Assembly (NCBI GenBank): GCA_963755235.1 | Contig: CAVWJT010000003.1 | Coordinates: forward strand, 37,322-69,321 | From: an uncultured Acidimicrobiia bacterium | GTDB taxonomy: Bacteria > Actinomycetota > Acidimicrobiia > Acidimicrobiales > Ilumatobacteraceae | Reading direction: 5' to 3' | DNA length: 32,000 nucleotides | Shown: positions 7,552 through 16,303 of the stretch, in pieces | How positions within the stretch are numbered: position 1 is the first letter of the stretch | Layout of the letters: each line of letters begins with the position of its first letter | Notes under the pieces: generated by a model | Told to the model about the DNA's origin: nothing | Databases searched by the model: none | What the model saw: the letters and a program-made list of their open reading frames with translations, nothing else | Made by a program: the position numbers and the translations under genes

Positions 7552-8800
7552 TCAGGGCGGGCCGACGTGCTCCGGTCCGAGGGCGTCCACCTGGCTCGCG
7601 CCGACGAGGGCCATCGTTCGCCGCATGCCGTCGTGGAACAGCCCGATGACGTGGTCGACACCGCGCTCACCGGCCGCGCCGAGCGCGTACAGATAGGGAC
7701 GGCCGGTCATGCACGCGGTGGCACCGAGGGCGAGTGCCTTGACGATGTCACCCCCGCGGCGGACGCCGCCATCGCAGATGATCTGGGTGCGATCGCCGAC
7801 CGCCTGGGCCACCGGCGCGACCAGCTCGATGGGTGCCGGGGCCCCGTCGAGCTGGCGGCCACCGTGGTTCGACAGGGCGATCGCCTCAACCCCGTGGTCG
7901 GCGGCGAGCACGGCGTCGGCGACGGTCTGGATGCCTTTCACGACGATCGGACCGCTCCAGACCGAGCGCATCCACTCGAGGTCGTCCCAGGCGAGCGCGG
8001 GGTCGAACTGGGAGTTGACGTACTCGGCGAGCGACACCGCCGTCGAGCCGTCACCGACGTCGAGGCCGACCACGTTGGCGAATCGGATCGGCTCGGCCCG
8101 TGACGAACCGCCACGTCCAGCCGGGATGCAGGGCACCGTCCACGAACGTGCCCAGCCCGATCTTGGGCGGGAGCGAGAACCCCCTCCGGACGTCGCGCTC
8201 GCGTCGGCCCAGCACCGCGGTGTCGACGGTGACCATGAGCGCCTCGAATCCCGCTTCCGCGGCTCGGGCGATCATCTCGGCGACCAGTGCCCGGTCGCGC
8301 CACACGTACACCTGGAACCAGAGCCGCGCCGTGCCGGCGACCGCGGCCACCTCCTCGATCGACCGCGTGCCGAGCGTCGAGAGGGCATAGGGGAGTCCGG
8401 CGCGCGCCGCCGCCCGGGCGACGGCCAGTTCGCCGTCGGGGTCGGCGATGCGCGTGAAGCCCGTCGGGGCGAGGATCAGCGGGAACGGCAGCGGCTTGCC
8501 GAGCAGGGTCGTCGAGGTGTCGACGGCGCTCACGTCGCGCAGCACACGGGGCCGGAAGGCGATCCGCTCGAAGGCCCGGCGGTTGTTGGCGAGGGTGTAC
8601 TCGTCCTCGGCGGCGCCGTCGATGTAGTCGAACACCCCGCGGGGCAGGCGCCGGCGGGCGATCCGACGTAGGTCGTCGACCGACGCGGCCCCCGCCAATC
8701 GGCGGGCGACCGGGTCGGTCTCGAGTGGTTTGAAACGGATGACCGACCGCAGCGAGTCGGCCATTGTCCGAGCCGCAGTGAGCGGCGAGGCGCGGGACAC
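7552..8800 (-). pseudogene. lldD: FMN-dependent alpha-hydroxy-acid (L-lactate-type) dehydrogenase, split by a 1-nt frameshift
   Basis: The N-terminal ORF (8051-8800) carries 'FDYIDGAAEDEYTL…WFQVYVWRDR…MVTVDTAVLGRRERD'. The C-terminal ORF (7552-8136) carries 'VVKGIQT…LSNHGGRQLD…GRPYLYAL'. The frames join as 'WTWRFVTG|EPIRFANVV' at the GGCCC run near 8093-8100. GGAG lies 8 nt before GTG 8800, and ATG 8764 is an alternative start. Confidence 0.85.
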
Positions 8801-8815
8801 CGGGGCGACTCCGCG

Positions 8816-9367
8816 TCAGGTGCTCTTGATCGCCGAGATGTCGAACTCCAGGGTCACCTTGTCGCTGACGATCACCCCACCGAGCTCGAGCGGCGCGTTC
8901 CAGGTAATGCCCCAGTCCTTGCGGTTCACCTGGACGGAACCCTCGAACCCGACGCGCCGGTTCCCGAACGGGTCGATGGCCGAGCCGTTGTAGTCGAGAT
9001 CGAACGTCACCGGCCGGGTCACGCCTCTGATCGTGAGGTCCCCCGTGACGCGGAATGTCGTGTCGTCGACCGGCTCGACGCTGGTCGTCTCGAAGGTGAT
9101 CTCGGGGTACTCGTCCATGGCGAAGAAGTCGTTGGTGCGCAGATGGGCGTCGCGGTCGGCGTTGCGCGTGTCGATGCTCGCCACCTTGATCGTCACCTTG
9201 GCGGACGACTTCGACGGCTCAGCGGCGTCGAGGTGGGCGTGGCCGTCGAACTCGTCGAACGTGCCGCGCACCTTGGTGACCATGGCGTGGCGGGCGCTGA
9301 ACGCGATGCTGGAGTGGATGGGATCGATCGTGTAGTCACCGGTCAGCTCGTCGATATCAGTGGACAT
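8816..9367 (-). CDS. YceI-family polyisoprenoid-binding protein
   Basis: 'YTIDPIHSSIAFSARHAMVTKVRGTF…DTRNADRDAHLR…DLTIRGVTRPV' is typical YceI. A strong GAGGAGGAA Shine-Dalgarno precedes ATG 9367. Confidence 0.9.
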   Translation of the reverse strand: MSTDIDELTGDYTIDPIHSSIAFSARHAMVTKVRGTFDEFDGHAHLDAAEPSKSSAKVTIKVASIDTRNADRDAHLRTNDFFAMDEYPEITFETTSVEPVDDTTFRVTGDLTIRGVTRPVTFDLDYNGSAIDPFGNRRVGFEGSVQVNRKDWGITWNAPLELGGVIVSDKVTLEFDISAIKST

Positions 9368-9405
9368 CGGTTCCTCCTCGGGATGGGGCCAACCACACTA
9401 GGGCG

Positions 9406-10092
9406 GTGGGACCGGACGACGATCTGCTCGCGGCCGTTCGCCGTGGGCTCGCCATCCTGGGTGACGCCGAGAAGGCACCCCAGATGCAGGCGTACATGAA
9501 ATCGGCGATGCCGTACCGGGGAGTGGCGACGCCGGTACGGACGAGATTGATGAAGGAAGTGCTCGCCACGCGTGCACCACGCGACCGGCGAACCTGGGAG
9601 GCAACGGTCCGCGCCTTGTGGGACGGCGCGAACTTCCGGGAGGAGCGGTACGCCGCGATTGATCTCTGCGGGCACCGTTCGGCTCGGGCGTGGCAGGACC
9701 CCGCGGCGCTCCCGCTCTACGAGCACCTCATCGTCGACGGAGCATGGTGGGACCACGTGGACACGGTCGCGATCCACCTCGTCGGGCCGATCCTGCGCGC
9801 GCACTCCGCCGAGGTCGCCCCGACGATCCGGCGATGGGCCACCGACGCGGACCGCTGGCGGCGACGGAGCGCGATCATCGTGCAGAACGGCGCCAAGGAT
9901 TCGACGGACACGGGGCTGCTCGCCTTTGCGATCGAGCCCAACGTCGGCGACCGCGATTTCTTCATCCGCAAGGGCATCGGATGGGCGCTGCGCGAGTACG
10001 CCAGGACGAACCCGGATTGGGTGCGGGCGTTCGTCGCCGGCCACGACCTTTCCCCGCTGTCCCGCCGCGAGGCGACCAAGCACCTGGCGTGA
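9406..10092 (+). CDS. DNA alkylation repair protein (AlkD-like HEAT-repeat family)
   Basis: 'AEKAPQMQAYMKSAMPYRGV…EERYAAIDL…WWDHVD…IRKGIGWALREYART' matches the DNA alkylation repair enzyme family. The start is GTG. Confidence 0.8.
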   Translation: MGPDDDLLAAVRRGLAILGDAEKAPQMQAYMKSAMPYRGVATPVRTRLMKEVLATRAPRDRRTWEATVRALWDGANFREERYAAIDLCGHRSARAWQDPAALPLYEHLIVDGAWWDHVDTVAIHLVGPILRAHSAEVAPTIRRWATDADRWRRRSAIIVQNGAKDSTDTGLLAFAIEPNVGDRDFFIRKGIGWALREYARTNPDWVRAFVAGHDLSPLSRREATKHLA

Positions 10093-10110
10093 GATGACGG
10101 GTTCCGGGTA

Positions 10111-11409
10111 TCAGCCGCGCCGGCTGGTGCGGCGCTCCAGGTGGTGCGCGGCGACGTAGTTGGCGACATGACGTCCGAGCTCGAGTCCGGCGTCAGTGGC
10201 GTAGCGGAAGTGAAAGCCGAGCTGCACCCGTGACTCGGCGCATTCCGCGGCGGCGCGCCGGAACGTCGCGAACGATCTGGTCGGCATACCCGGCGGGGCC
10301 GTCGTTGTCGCCATGGTGAAGGCGAGGTGGTTCCCGAACGTCCGCCTGAGGATCTCGAACGAGCTGCTGCACACCGCGCTGTGGGCGGACACGTACTCCG
10401 GGAACGGAGGCGTGGTGCGAAGTGGCTCCCAGGTCGCATCGGGGGCGGTGGCGGGGTTCTCGTCCGCGCCGGCGGCGCGGATCGCGGTGTACGGCCGCCA
10501 GTGGTTTGCCGCGAACTTCGAGTCCCAGGTGGCGACGTAGGTGTCGAACATGCTCATGTTGAGCAGCGCGAACAAACGGGCCGCCGGCCACAGATGCGTG
10601 CCCTGTTCGGTCACCAGGTTTCTGGCCAGGCGGTTCATCGACCCGTCGGTGAACTCCATCCACCACAGGGCGTACGCGGTCTGCTCTGGGGTGCGCACGG
10701 CACTGTCGACCCGTCCGTGGTCGCGGACCTCCCGGTAGGCCCTCGCGTAGGCGCGGCTGGACAGCGGAGGCGGTGGTGGCGGCCGGAACTGATCGCCAGT
10801 GCGCAGTCCGAACGGTGTCGCCAACCGGAACCCGGGCTGCAGCACGAAGCCGTCCCACGGGGGCGTCGTTTGGTACTCGCCCGGCCCCGACTCGAACGTG
10901 TAGATGCCCGGGAAGTCGTAGCCGTCGCCGTCTCGGAGAGCGAGGACGGCCGCCGCGGCGTCGCCGCCCAGGGCGATACCGCGACGCTTGGGCGGACCGT
11001 CGGCGATCTGCCCCAGCCAGCGGGCGAGCTCGTGATCCAGGCGCGCCTGTGCGGCCGGGTACTGGGAGGCGAGGACGTCGTAGGCGGCGCGCGCGGCGGC
11101 GGCGATCGGATCCGCCGACCGTGCCTGGTCGCGGTAGGCGTACTGGCGGTACCGCGGCACAACGGCGTTCAGGGCGTCGTGAATGGCGAGGTGCATCATC
11201 GAGAATGCGCGCACGCCCTTGAACGTGAGGAACTGGTCCTCGGCGAAGGCGAGGTCATGGGCGACCTGGTTCCAGGCGACGGCGAGCGCCCCGTCCCCGG
11301 CCGGCATGCGATGGGCGGTCTTCTCTGCCGAGTGGGCCCCGGCGGCCGGCGGCGCGACGAGTCCAACCAAGGCGATGAGAGTGATGGCGCTGCGGCTGAT
11401 CAGCTTCAT
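10111..11409 (-). CDS. secreted vanadium-dependent haloperoxidase / PAP2-superfamily protein
   Basis: The signal peptide is 'MKLISRSAITLIALVGLVAPPAAGAHS'. PAP2/VHPO motifs are 'KFAANHWRP' (Kx6RP), 'YVSAHS' and 'SRVQLGFHFRYATD'. The start is taken at ATG 11409, which lies inside the 525-aa ORF. Confidence 0.8.
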   Translation of the reverse strand: MKLISRSAITLIALVGLVAPPAAGAHSAEKTAHRMPAGDGALAVAWNQVAHDLAFAEDQFLTFKGVRAFSMMHLAIHDALNAVVPRYRQYAYRDQARSADPIAAAARAAYDVLASQYPAAQARLDHELARWLGQIADGPPKRRGIALGGDAAAAVLALRDGDGYDFPGIYTFESGPGEYQTTPPWDGFVLQPGFRLATPFGLRTGDQFRPPPPPPLSSRAYARAYREVRDHGRVDSAVRTPEQTAYALWWMEFTDGSMNRLARNLVTEQGTHLWPAARLFALLNMSMFDTYVATWDSKFAANHWRPYTAIRAAGADENPATAPDATWEPLRTTPPFPEYVSAHSAVCSSSFEILRRTFGNHLAFTMATTTAPPGMPTRSFATFRRAAAECAESRVQLGFHFRYATDAGLELGRHVANYVAAHHLERRTSRRG

Positions 11410-11411
11410 GG

Positions 11412-12223
11412 TCAGCGGGGCCTTCCCGGACGCGGTGATGAGGTGCCCGGCGATGGGGATCTCGGCTCGGCCGTCGTCGGTCTGGAACGCGGCGAGGGCC
11501 TCGCGGGCGTCGGCGACGATTCGCGCGTAGACATCGTCGTCGATCCGCTCGATGAGTGGTGTGCTCTCGATCTCGATCTGCACCAGTTCGTCGATGGAGT
11601 CGAAGCGGGCGGTGCCGACACGACTCGTGGCGGCCGCGACGGCAAGGCCGGCATCCTCGAGGAGTGAGCAGCACCAGGTCCCGGTCACCCAGAACCCAGT
11701 ACGCGCTCAGGAGCTGGACGGCCTCGGGTCCGGCGTGGCGGGCGGCCAGCCTGACGAAGGCTCCGTAGGCCGGTTGGGCGTCGAGTGAGGCCCACACCTG
11801 AACCGCAACGGTGGCGTCCGGCCGGGCGACTCTGGCCATCTCCCGGAGCGCCTGCGCCCGGTCGGGAAAGAACATCAGTCCCGCCTGGCACAGCACGACG
11901 TCGAAGGAGTCGTCCGGGAACGGGAGGGCGCCGGCGTCACCCTGGCGCCAGTCGATGTCGGGGTCCAGGCGGCGGGCGACGGTGAGCATCGCCTCGTTGA
12001 GGTCGACGCCGACGACGGTGCCGTTGCCCGCGAGACGGTCGCGCGCCGCCCGGGCAACGACCCCGGTACCGCAGGCGACGTCGAGCACCGCCTGGCCCGG
12101 CCTTACCCCGGCGGCGTCGAGCAGGGGCGGCGCCCACTCGGCGAACAAGGCCGGGACGAACTTGGCCTCGTACGCCTCGGCGGCGGCCAGGGACAGTTGA
12201 AAGGTCTCTGCGGATGTGTCCAC
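11412..12223 (-). pseudogene. class I SAM-dependent methyltransferase, frameshifted
   Basis: The N-terminal frame carries 'VLDVACGTGVVAR…VGVDLNEAML…FDVVLCQAGLMFF'. After 'YWVLGDRDLVL' the conserved C-terminus ('LLEDAGLAV…TARFDSIDELVQIEIESTPL…IPIAGHLITA') continues in another frame, with the break near 11664-11670. GGGAGG lies 7 nt before GTG 12223. The 3' end is uncertain because that frame runs without a stop into the haloperoxidase ATG. Confidence 0.75.
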
Positions 12224-12258
12224 GAGGTGCCCTCCCGAGCGAAGTCGATGAGGGCAGC

Positions 12259-13995
12259 ATGAACGCGGCAGCGGGCCCGCAGCATGAGGCAACTGCCCCA
12301 TCTGGATTCCCGTCCTCGGTCGGCTCCAGCGGGCTCGGTGGCATCATTGCCGCGGTGGCGTCCGCCGAACCGTTCGCAGCCGGAAGTACGGCCCTGCGGG
12401 AAGGACGGTGGCGGGACGCTCGCACCGAGTTGGAGGCCGCCCTCGCCGAGGAGGAGACGGGCGAGATCCTGGAAGGGCTGGCCGAGGCCTGCTGGTGGCT
12501 GTGCGACGCCCGGGCGAGCGTCCGCTACCGGGAACAGGCATGGGTGAAATTCCGCCAAGCGGGCGACCTGGTGCGCGCCGGTCGCGCAGCCATCGATCTC
12601 AGCCTTGGCTATCTCGTCAACCTCGGCAACGACGCCGCCGCCGGGGGGTGGCTCGCCCGCGCCGAGCGAGTGCTCCGCGATGCCGACCCCAATCCACTGC
12701 GAGGGTGGGTCTGGCTCATGCAGGGCTACATGTCGCCCGATGCGGTTTCGGCCCACGAGCTGACCACTCGCGCGCTCGAGTTCGCCCAGACGTCCGGTGA
12801 CGTCGATCTCGAGTTGGTTGCGCTGAGTGACCTCGGCTTCGCCCTCGTCGTCGGCGGTCAGGTGGATGAAGGGCTCGCCAGGTTGGATGAGGCGATGGCG
12901 GGGACTCTCGGCGGCGAGTACCGGCGGCTCGACACCGTCGTGTTCGCCTCCTGCAGCATGCTCGCCGCCTGCCACCTCGCCGGAGATTTCGACCGCGCCA
13001 AGAAGTGGTGCCGAGTCGCAGATGAGTTCATGCAGACGTATGGCTGCCCATTCCTCTACGCCCGCTGTCGCACTCACTACGGCGGGGTGCTGGTCGCCGC
13101 AGGTCAGTGGAACGAGGCCGAGGAACAGCTCCAGGCCGCGCTCCAGATGTCCGAAGACGCCGGGCCCGGTCCACGCATGGCCGCCCTCGCCCAACTTGTC
13201 GAGCTGCGCCTTCGCCAAGGCCGGGTCGAGGAAGCCGAAGCGCTTCTCGCCCTGATGGACGACACCTCTGAGGTCGCCCTCGCCGCCGCCGGTGTGCGTA
13301 TGGCCCGGGGCGAACCCGCGGTGGCCGCGGGCATCCTCGAACGCCGGGCCAAGCTCCTCGGAGGGAGCCACATCGAAGCGGCCGCGACACTCGCGATGCT
13401 CGTGGACGCCCGCCTTGGTGATGGTGACCTGGCGGCGGCGCAGGACGCGGCCGTCCGCCTGCGCGTCGTGGCCGACGCCCAAGATCGCGGGATCGACCAC
13501 GCCCTCGCCCTGCTGGCCAGTGCTCGCATCGCCGCGGCCGAATCACGCCCCGACGAAGCAATCGAGGATCTCGAACGCGCCCTGCAACAGCTCGCCGGTT
13601 GCGACCGGCCGTTCGACACGGCGCGTGTACGCCTCGAGCTCGCTCGCCTCCTCGCTGGGCTGCACCGACAGCTCGCCGTCGCCGAGGCTGCACAAGCCCT
13701 CGCCACCTTCGAACGGCTCGGTGCGGCAGCCGATGCCAACGCGGCCGCTGCTCTGCTGCGCGAGCTCGGCGCGCCGGCTCGGACCGGACGAAGGACCATC
13801 GACGTCCTCAGCGAGCGTGAGCAAGAGGTGCTCGCCCTCGTTGCCCTCGGCCTTCCCAACCCCGAGATCGCACAACGCCTCTTCATCAGCCGCAAGACGG
13901 CCTCGAACCACGTCAGCAGCATCCTCCTCAAGCTGGGTATGCGGAACCGAGCTGAGCTCGTCGCCTACGCGGCGAAGCAGTCCGAATCGGCGTGA
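12259..13995 (+). CDS. LuxR-family transcriptional regulator (TPR-like helical region plus C-terminal HTH, no ATPase domain)
   Basis: The C-terminus 'LSEREQEVLALVALGLPNPEIAQRLFISRKTASNHVSSILLKLG' is a LuxR/GerE HTH. A long Ala/Leu-rich helical repeat region lies upstream. The ORF opens at 12214. ATG 12259 was chosen to avoid overlap with the divergent methyltransferase, so the start is uncertain. Confidence 0.8.
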   Translation: MNAAAGPQHEATAPSGFPSSVGSSGLGGIIAAVASAEPFAAGSTALREGRWRDARTELEAALAEEETGEILEGLAEACWWLCDARASVRYREQAWVKFRQAGDLVRAGRAAIDLSLGYLVNLGNDAAAGGWLARAERVLRDADPNPLRGWVWLMQGYMSPDAVSAHELTTRALEFAQTSGDVDLELVALSDLGFALVVGGQVDEGLARLDEAMAGTLGGEYRRLDTVVFASCSMLAACHLAGDFDRAKKWCRVADEFMQTYGCPFLYARCRTHYGGVLVAAGQWNEAEEQLQAALQMSEDAGPGPRMAALAQLVELRLRQGRVEEAEALLALMDDTSEVALAAAGVRMARGEPAVAAGILERRAKLLGGSHIEAAATLAMLVDARLGDGDLAAAQDAAVRLRVVADAQDRGIDHALALLASARIAAAESRPDEAIEDLERALQQLAGCDRPFDTARVRLELARLLAGLHRQLAVAEAAQALATFERLGAAADANAAAALLRELGAPARTGRRTIDVLSEREQEVLALVALGLPNPEIAQRLFISRKTASNHVSSILLKLGMRNRAELVAYAAKQSESA

Positions 13996-14023
13996 AGCGA
14001 TCGTCAAGACGATGGCTGCCCGA

Positions 14024-14056
14024 CCGGGGCGTGACTCGAACGCACCGTCGCCCCGG
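14024..14056 (+). terminator. GC-rich hairpin downstream of the LuxR gene (possible terminator, no U-tract)
   Basis: CCGGGGCG (14024-14031) pairs perfectly with CGCCCCGG (14049-14056) around a 17-nt loop. Confidence 0.3.
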
Positions 14057-14200
14057 CTCGACGGTCAAGCGGGCGGACGGGTGACCGGGGCCAGGGCGGC
14101 GGGGACCAGTCAATCAGCAAACGACCACTGTTACTCCCGGATGGCGGTGCGTTGGTCATGGATCACGTGGCCGAACCGCCGTTGCGGAGCTCGTGCCCGC

Positions 14201-14678
14201 CTACAGGTCGAGCACGACCTCTCGGCGGATGTCACGGTCAGGGTGGAGCACGAAGAGCCGTGACACGACGGCGTGGTAGAGCCGCAGATTTCCGGGCGCC
14301 GTGACGCGTTCGGGTGTCCACGCCCCGAGTCCCTCGGCTCGGGAGCGGCGATCGAAGGCACTGAGGCAGCGTTCGCGGTCAGCCTCCGATACCTCTGCGG
14401 CCGTCGCCTCCGCGTACACGGCGCGTGTTCGATCCTCGGCGGGTACCGGCGTCTCGAAGATGACGAAGCTCACTGCGGATCGCGCCTCGATGTTGCTCGA
14501 GTGACGCGTCTCGGGCCAGGAGACCCAGATGAACTCTCGACCTTCTCGCGCGTACCAGACGGGGGTTGGCCATGGACGGCCATCGGCGTCCGCAGAGGCG
14601 AGGACGAGATAGCGGCCAGCGTCGATGACCTCTCGCGAGCTCAGCGTCGTCGTCGATGGGCTGATCAGCGGTGTTCAT
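14201..14678 (-). pseudogene. pyridoxamine 5'-phosphate oxidase-like FMN-binding protein, frameshifted near the N-terminus
   Basis: The first frame reads 'MNTADQPIDDDAELAR'. The second frame then reads 'EVIDAGRYLVLASADADGRPWPTPVWYAREGREFIWVSWPETRHSSNIEARSAVSFVIFE…', a PNPOx-like fold signature. The break lies in GAGAG near 14629-14635. Confidence 0.75.
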
Positions 14679-14698
14679 CTAACAGGTAGCTCGCCGAG

Positions 14699-14769
14699 AG
14701 CGGATGAGGGGAATCGAACCCCCGTATTCAGCTTGGGAAGCTGATGTTCTGCCATTGAACTACATCCGC
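14699..14769 (-). tRNA. tRNA-Gly (anticodon CCC)
   Basis: The 71-nt sequence folds by hand as a cloverleaf. The acceptor stem is GCGGATG/CATCCGC and the D stem is GTTC/GAAC. The anticodon stem is TCAGC/GCTGA with loop TTCCCAA. The T arm is GGGGG-TTCGATT-CCCCT, the discriminator is T, and no CCA is encoded. Confidence 0.95.
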
Positions 14770-14877
14770 GGGCGGCCGACGAGGATAGCGGAGCGGACCT
14801 GGCTCACTCCCGATCGGCCGGCGGCTCCGTGGCTAACTTGTGGCCCGTGACCAGCCCGACCGCGCCGGCGACAGGCC

Positions 14878-16008
14878 ATGCTGAGCCTGCCCGCTGACCA
14901 GGCCGGGGTGCTCCCCAGTCAGCACCTGCTGGCGGCCGTTGACTCCGGCGTGATCGACGCCAACCCGTTCACCGTTCCCCGGCAGAACGTCCAGCCGGCC
15001 AGTCTCGACCTGCGCCTCGGCGAGGTCGCCTATCGGATCCGTTGCAGCTTCCTGCCGGACAAGCAGACGGTCGAACGGAAGGTCAAGGACTACATCATCG
15101 ATGAGCTCGACCTGCATCGGGAAGGGGTGGTCCTGGAGACCAATCGGCCGTACCTCATCCCGCTCAAGGAACGGCTGTCCCTCCCTTCCAATGTCCGCGG
15201 CAAGACCAATCCGAAGAGCTCCACTGGCCGCCTCGACGTCTTCACCCGGGTGATCACCGACGAGAGCTACCGGTTCGACGAGATCGCGTTCGGGTACTCG
15301 GGACCGCTGTATCTCGAAGTGGTTCCCCTCTCGTTCGCCATCCGCGTTCGCGAGGACCTGACGTTGAACCAACTCCGGCTCTCGGTCGGCCATCCGGAGC
15401 TGAGTGATGCCGACCTGCGCGAGGTCCATCACGAGAACGCGCTCCTCTTCCAGGACGGCGAGCCGGTCGCCGATGACCAGCTCGCGCTGGCGAACGGCAT
15501 GTTCCTGAGCTTGGACCTCCGCGGCGACGAGGCCGGAAGAGTGGGGTACCGGGCACGCGACAACGCGCCGCTGCTCGACGTCACCCGTCCCGAGCCGGTG
15601 GATCCCGAGCCCTACTGGGAGGAGGTCAAGCGGGAAGGGGGCGATCGCGTCGTCCTGACCCCGCAGCGCTTCTACCTCCTCATGTCGGACGAGGCGGTCT
15701 GCGTGCCGCCGTCGCTGGCGGCGGAGATGACCGCGTACGACCCGACGAGCGGTGAACTGCGCACGCACTACGCCGGGTTCTTCGACCCCGGATTCGGCTA
15801 CGACCCCGATGGCGGCTTCCACGGGTCCCGTGCTGCGCTCGAAGTGCGCGCCCACGATGTGCCGTTCATGATCGAACACGGCCAGCGGGTCTGCAAGCTG
15901 ACCTTTGAACGGATGCTCGAGGCGCCGACGGCGCTGTACGGCCAGGACGTCGGCTCTTCGTACCAACTCCAACTGGACACGCTGAGCAAGCACTTCCGGC
16001 GCCCATAG
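14878..16008 (+). CDS. dcd: 2'-deoxycytidine 5'-triphosphate deaminase (long, about 370-aa DCD family)
   Basis: The ORF is 376 aa. 'NVQPASLDLRLGEVAYRIRCSFLP…NPKSSTGRLDVFTRVI…YAGFFDPGFGY' is typical of the long dCTP deaminase family. Confidence 0.8.
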   Translation: MLSLPADQAGVLPSQHLLAAVDSGVIDANPFTVPRQNVQPASLDLRLGEVAYRIRCSFLPDKQTVERKVKDYIIDELDLHREGVVLETNRPYLIPLKERLSLPSNVRGKTNPKSSTGRLDVFTRVITDESYRFDEIAFGYSGPLYLEVVPLSFAIRVREDLTLNQLRLSVGHPELSDADLREVHHENALLFQDGEPVADDQLALANGMFLSLDLRGDEAGRVGYRARDNAPLLDVTRPEPVDPEPYWEEVKREGGDRVVLTPQRFYLLMSDEAVCVPPSLAAEMTAYDPTSGELRTHYAGFFDPGFGYDPDGGFHGSRAALEVRAHDVPFMIEHGQRVCKLTFERMLEAPTALYGQDVGSSYQLQLDTLSKHFRRP

Positions 16009-16010
16009 CC

Positions 16011-16062
16011 CGTTCTGTCGTTCGGCATCGGCCCGATCCGGTCGTTCCCAAACGACAGAACG
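16011..16062. other. long hairpin immediately after dcd stop, with an alternative local hairpin
   Basis: A perfect 12-bp inverted repeat pairs CGTTCTGTCGTT (16011-16022) with AACGACAGAACG (16051-16062). The 3' arm can instead pair with GTCGTT (16041-16046) over a 4-nt loop. Confidence 0.5.
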
Positions 16063-16121
16063 AGAAATCCGGCTTGCTCCCCGCCGAGCCACCTCACCGT
16101 GCGGCCGCAGTAGGGCGCCAG

Positions 16122-16155
16122 CAGCGGCGAGGGTCACATCGGCCCCTCGCCGCTG
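16122..16155. terminator. perfect 12-bp GC-rich hairpin between dcd and sigK
   Basis: CAGCGGCGAGGG (16122-16133) pairs with CCCTCGCCGCTG (16144-16155) around a 10-nt loop. There is no U-tract. Confidence 0.4.
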
Positions 16156-16303
16156 TCGGCGCGTCGAGTCCAATCCGGATCGGCATCCGCTCCGAACCAT
16201 GCGCGTGTTGTTGGCCGCACCCTCCCTGTTCGCCCCCCGGCGCGGCGGCTTCGCGGCGGTGTGCACGCGCTGGCCCCTCCCGTTCTGGCAGATTGATGGG
16301 CGC

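Noticed and set aside
10111-11688. A 525-aa ORF read as a single methyltransferase-haloperoxidase fusion protein.
   Set aside because: It would have an internal signal peptide 93 residues in. Its N-terminal part is the displaced C-terminus of the frameshifted methyltransferase. It was treated as two genes, and the missing stop is flagged as a finding.
13996-14877. A genomic island or prophage integrated at tRNA-Gly(CCC).
   Set aside because: I found no integrase, no direct repeat of the tRNA 3' end, and no visible compositional shift. The neighbouring genes are ordinary metabolic or regulatory genes.
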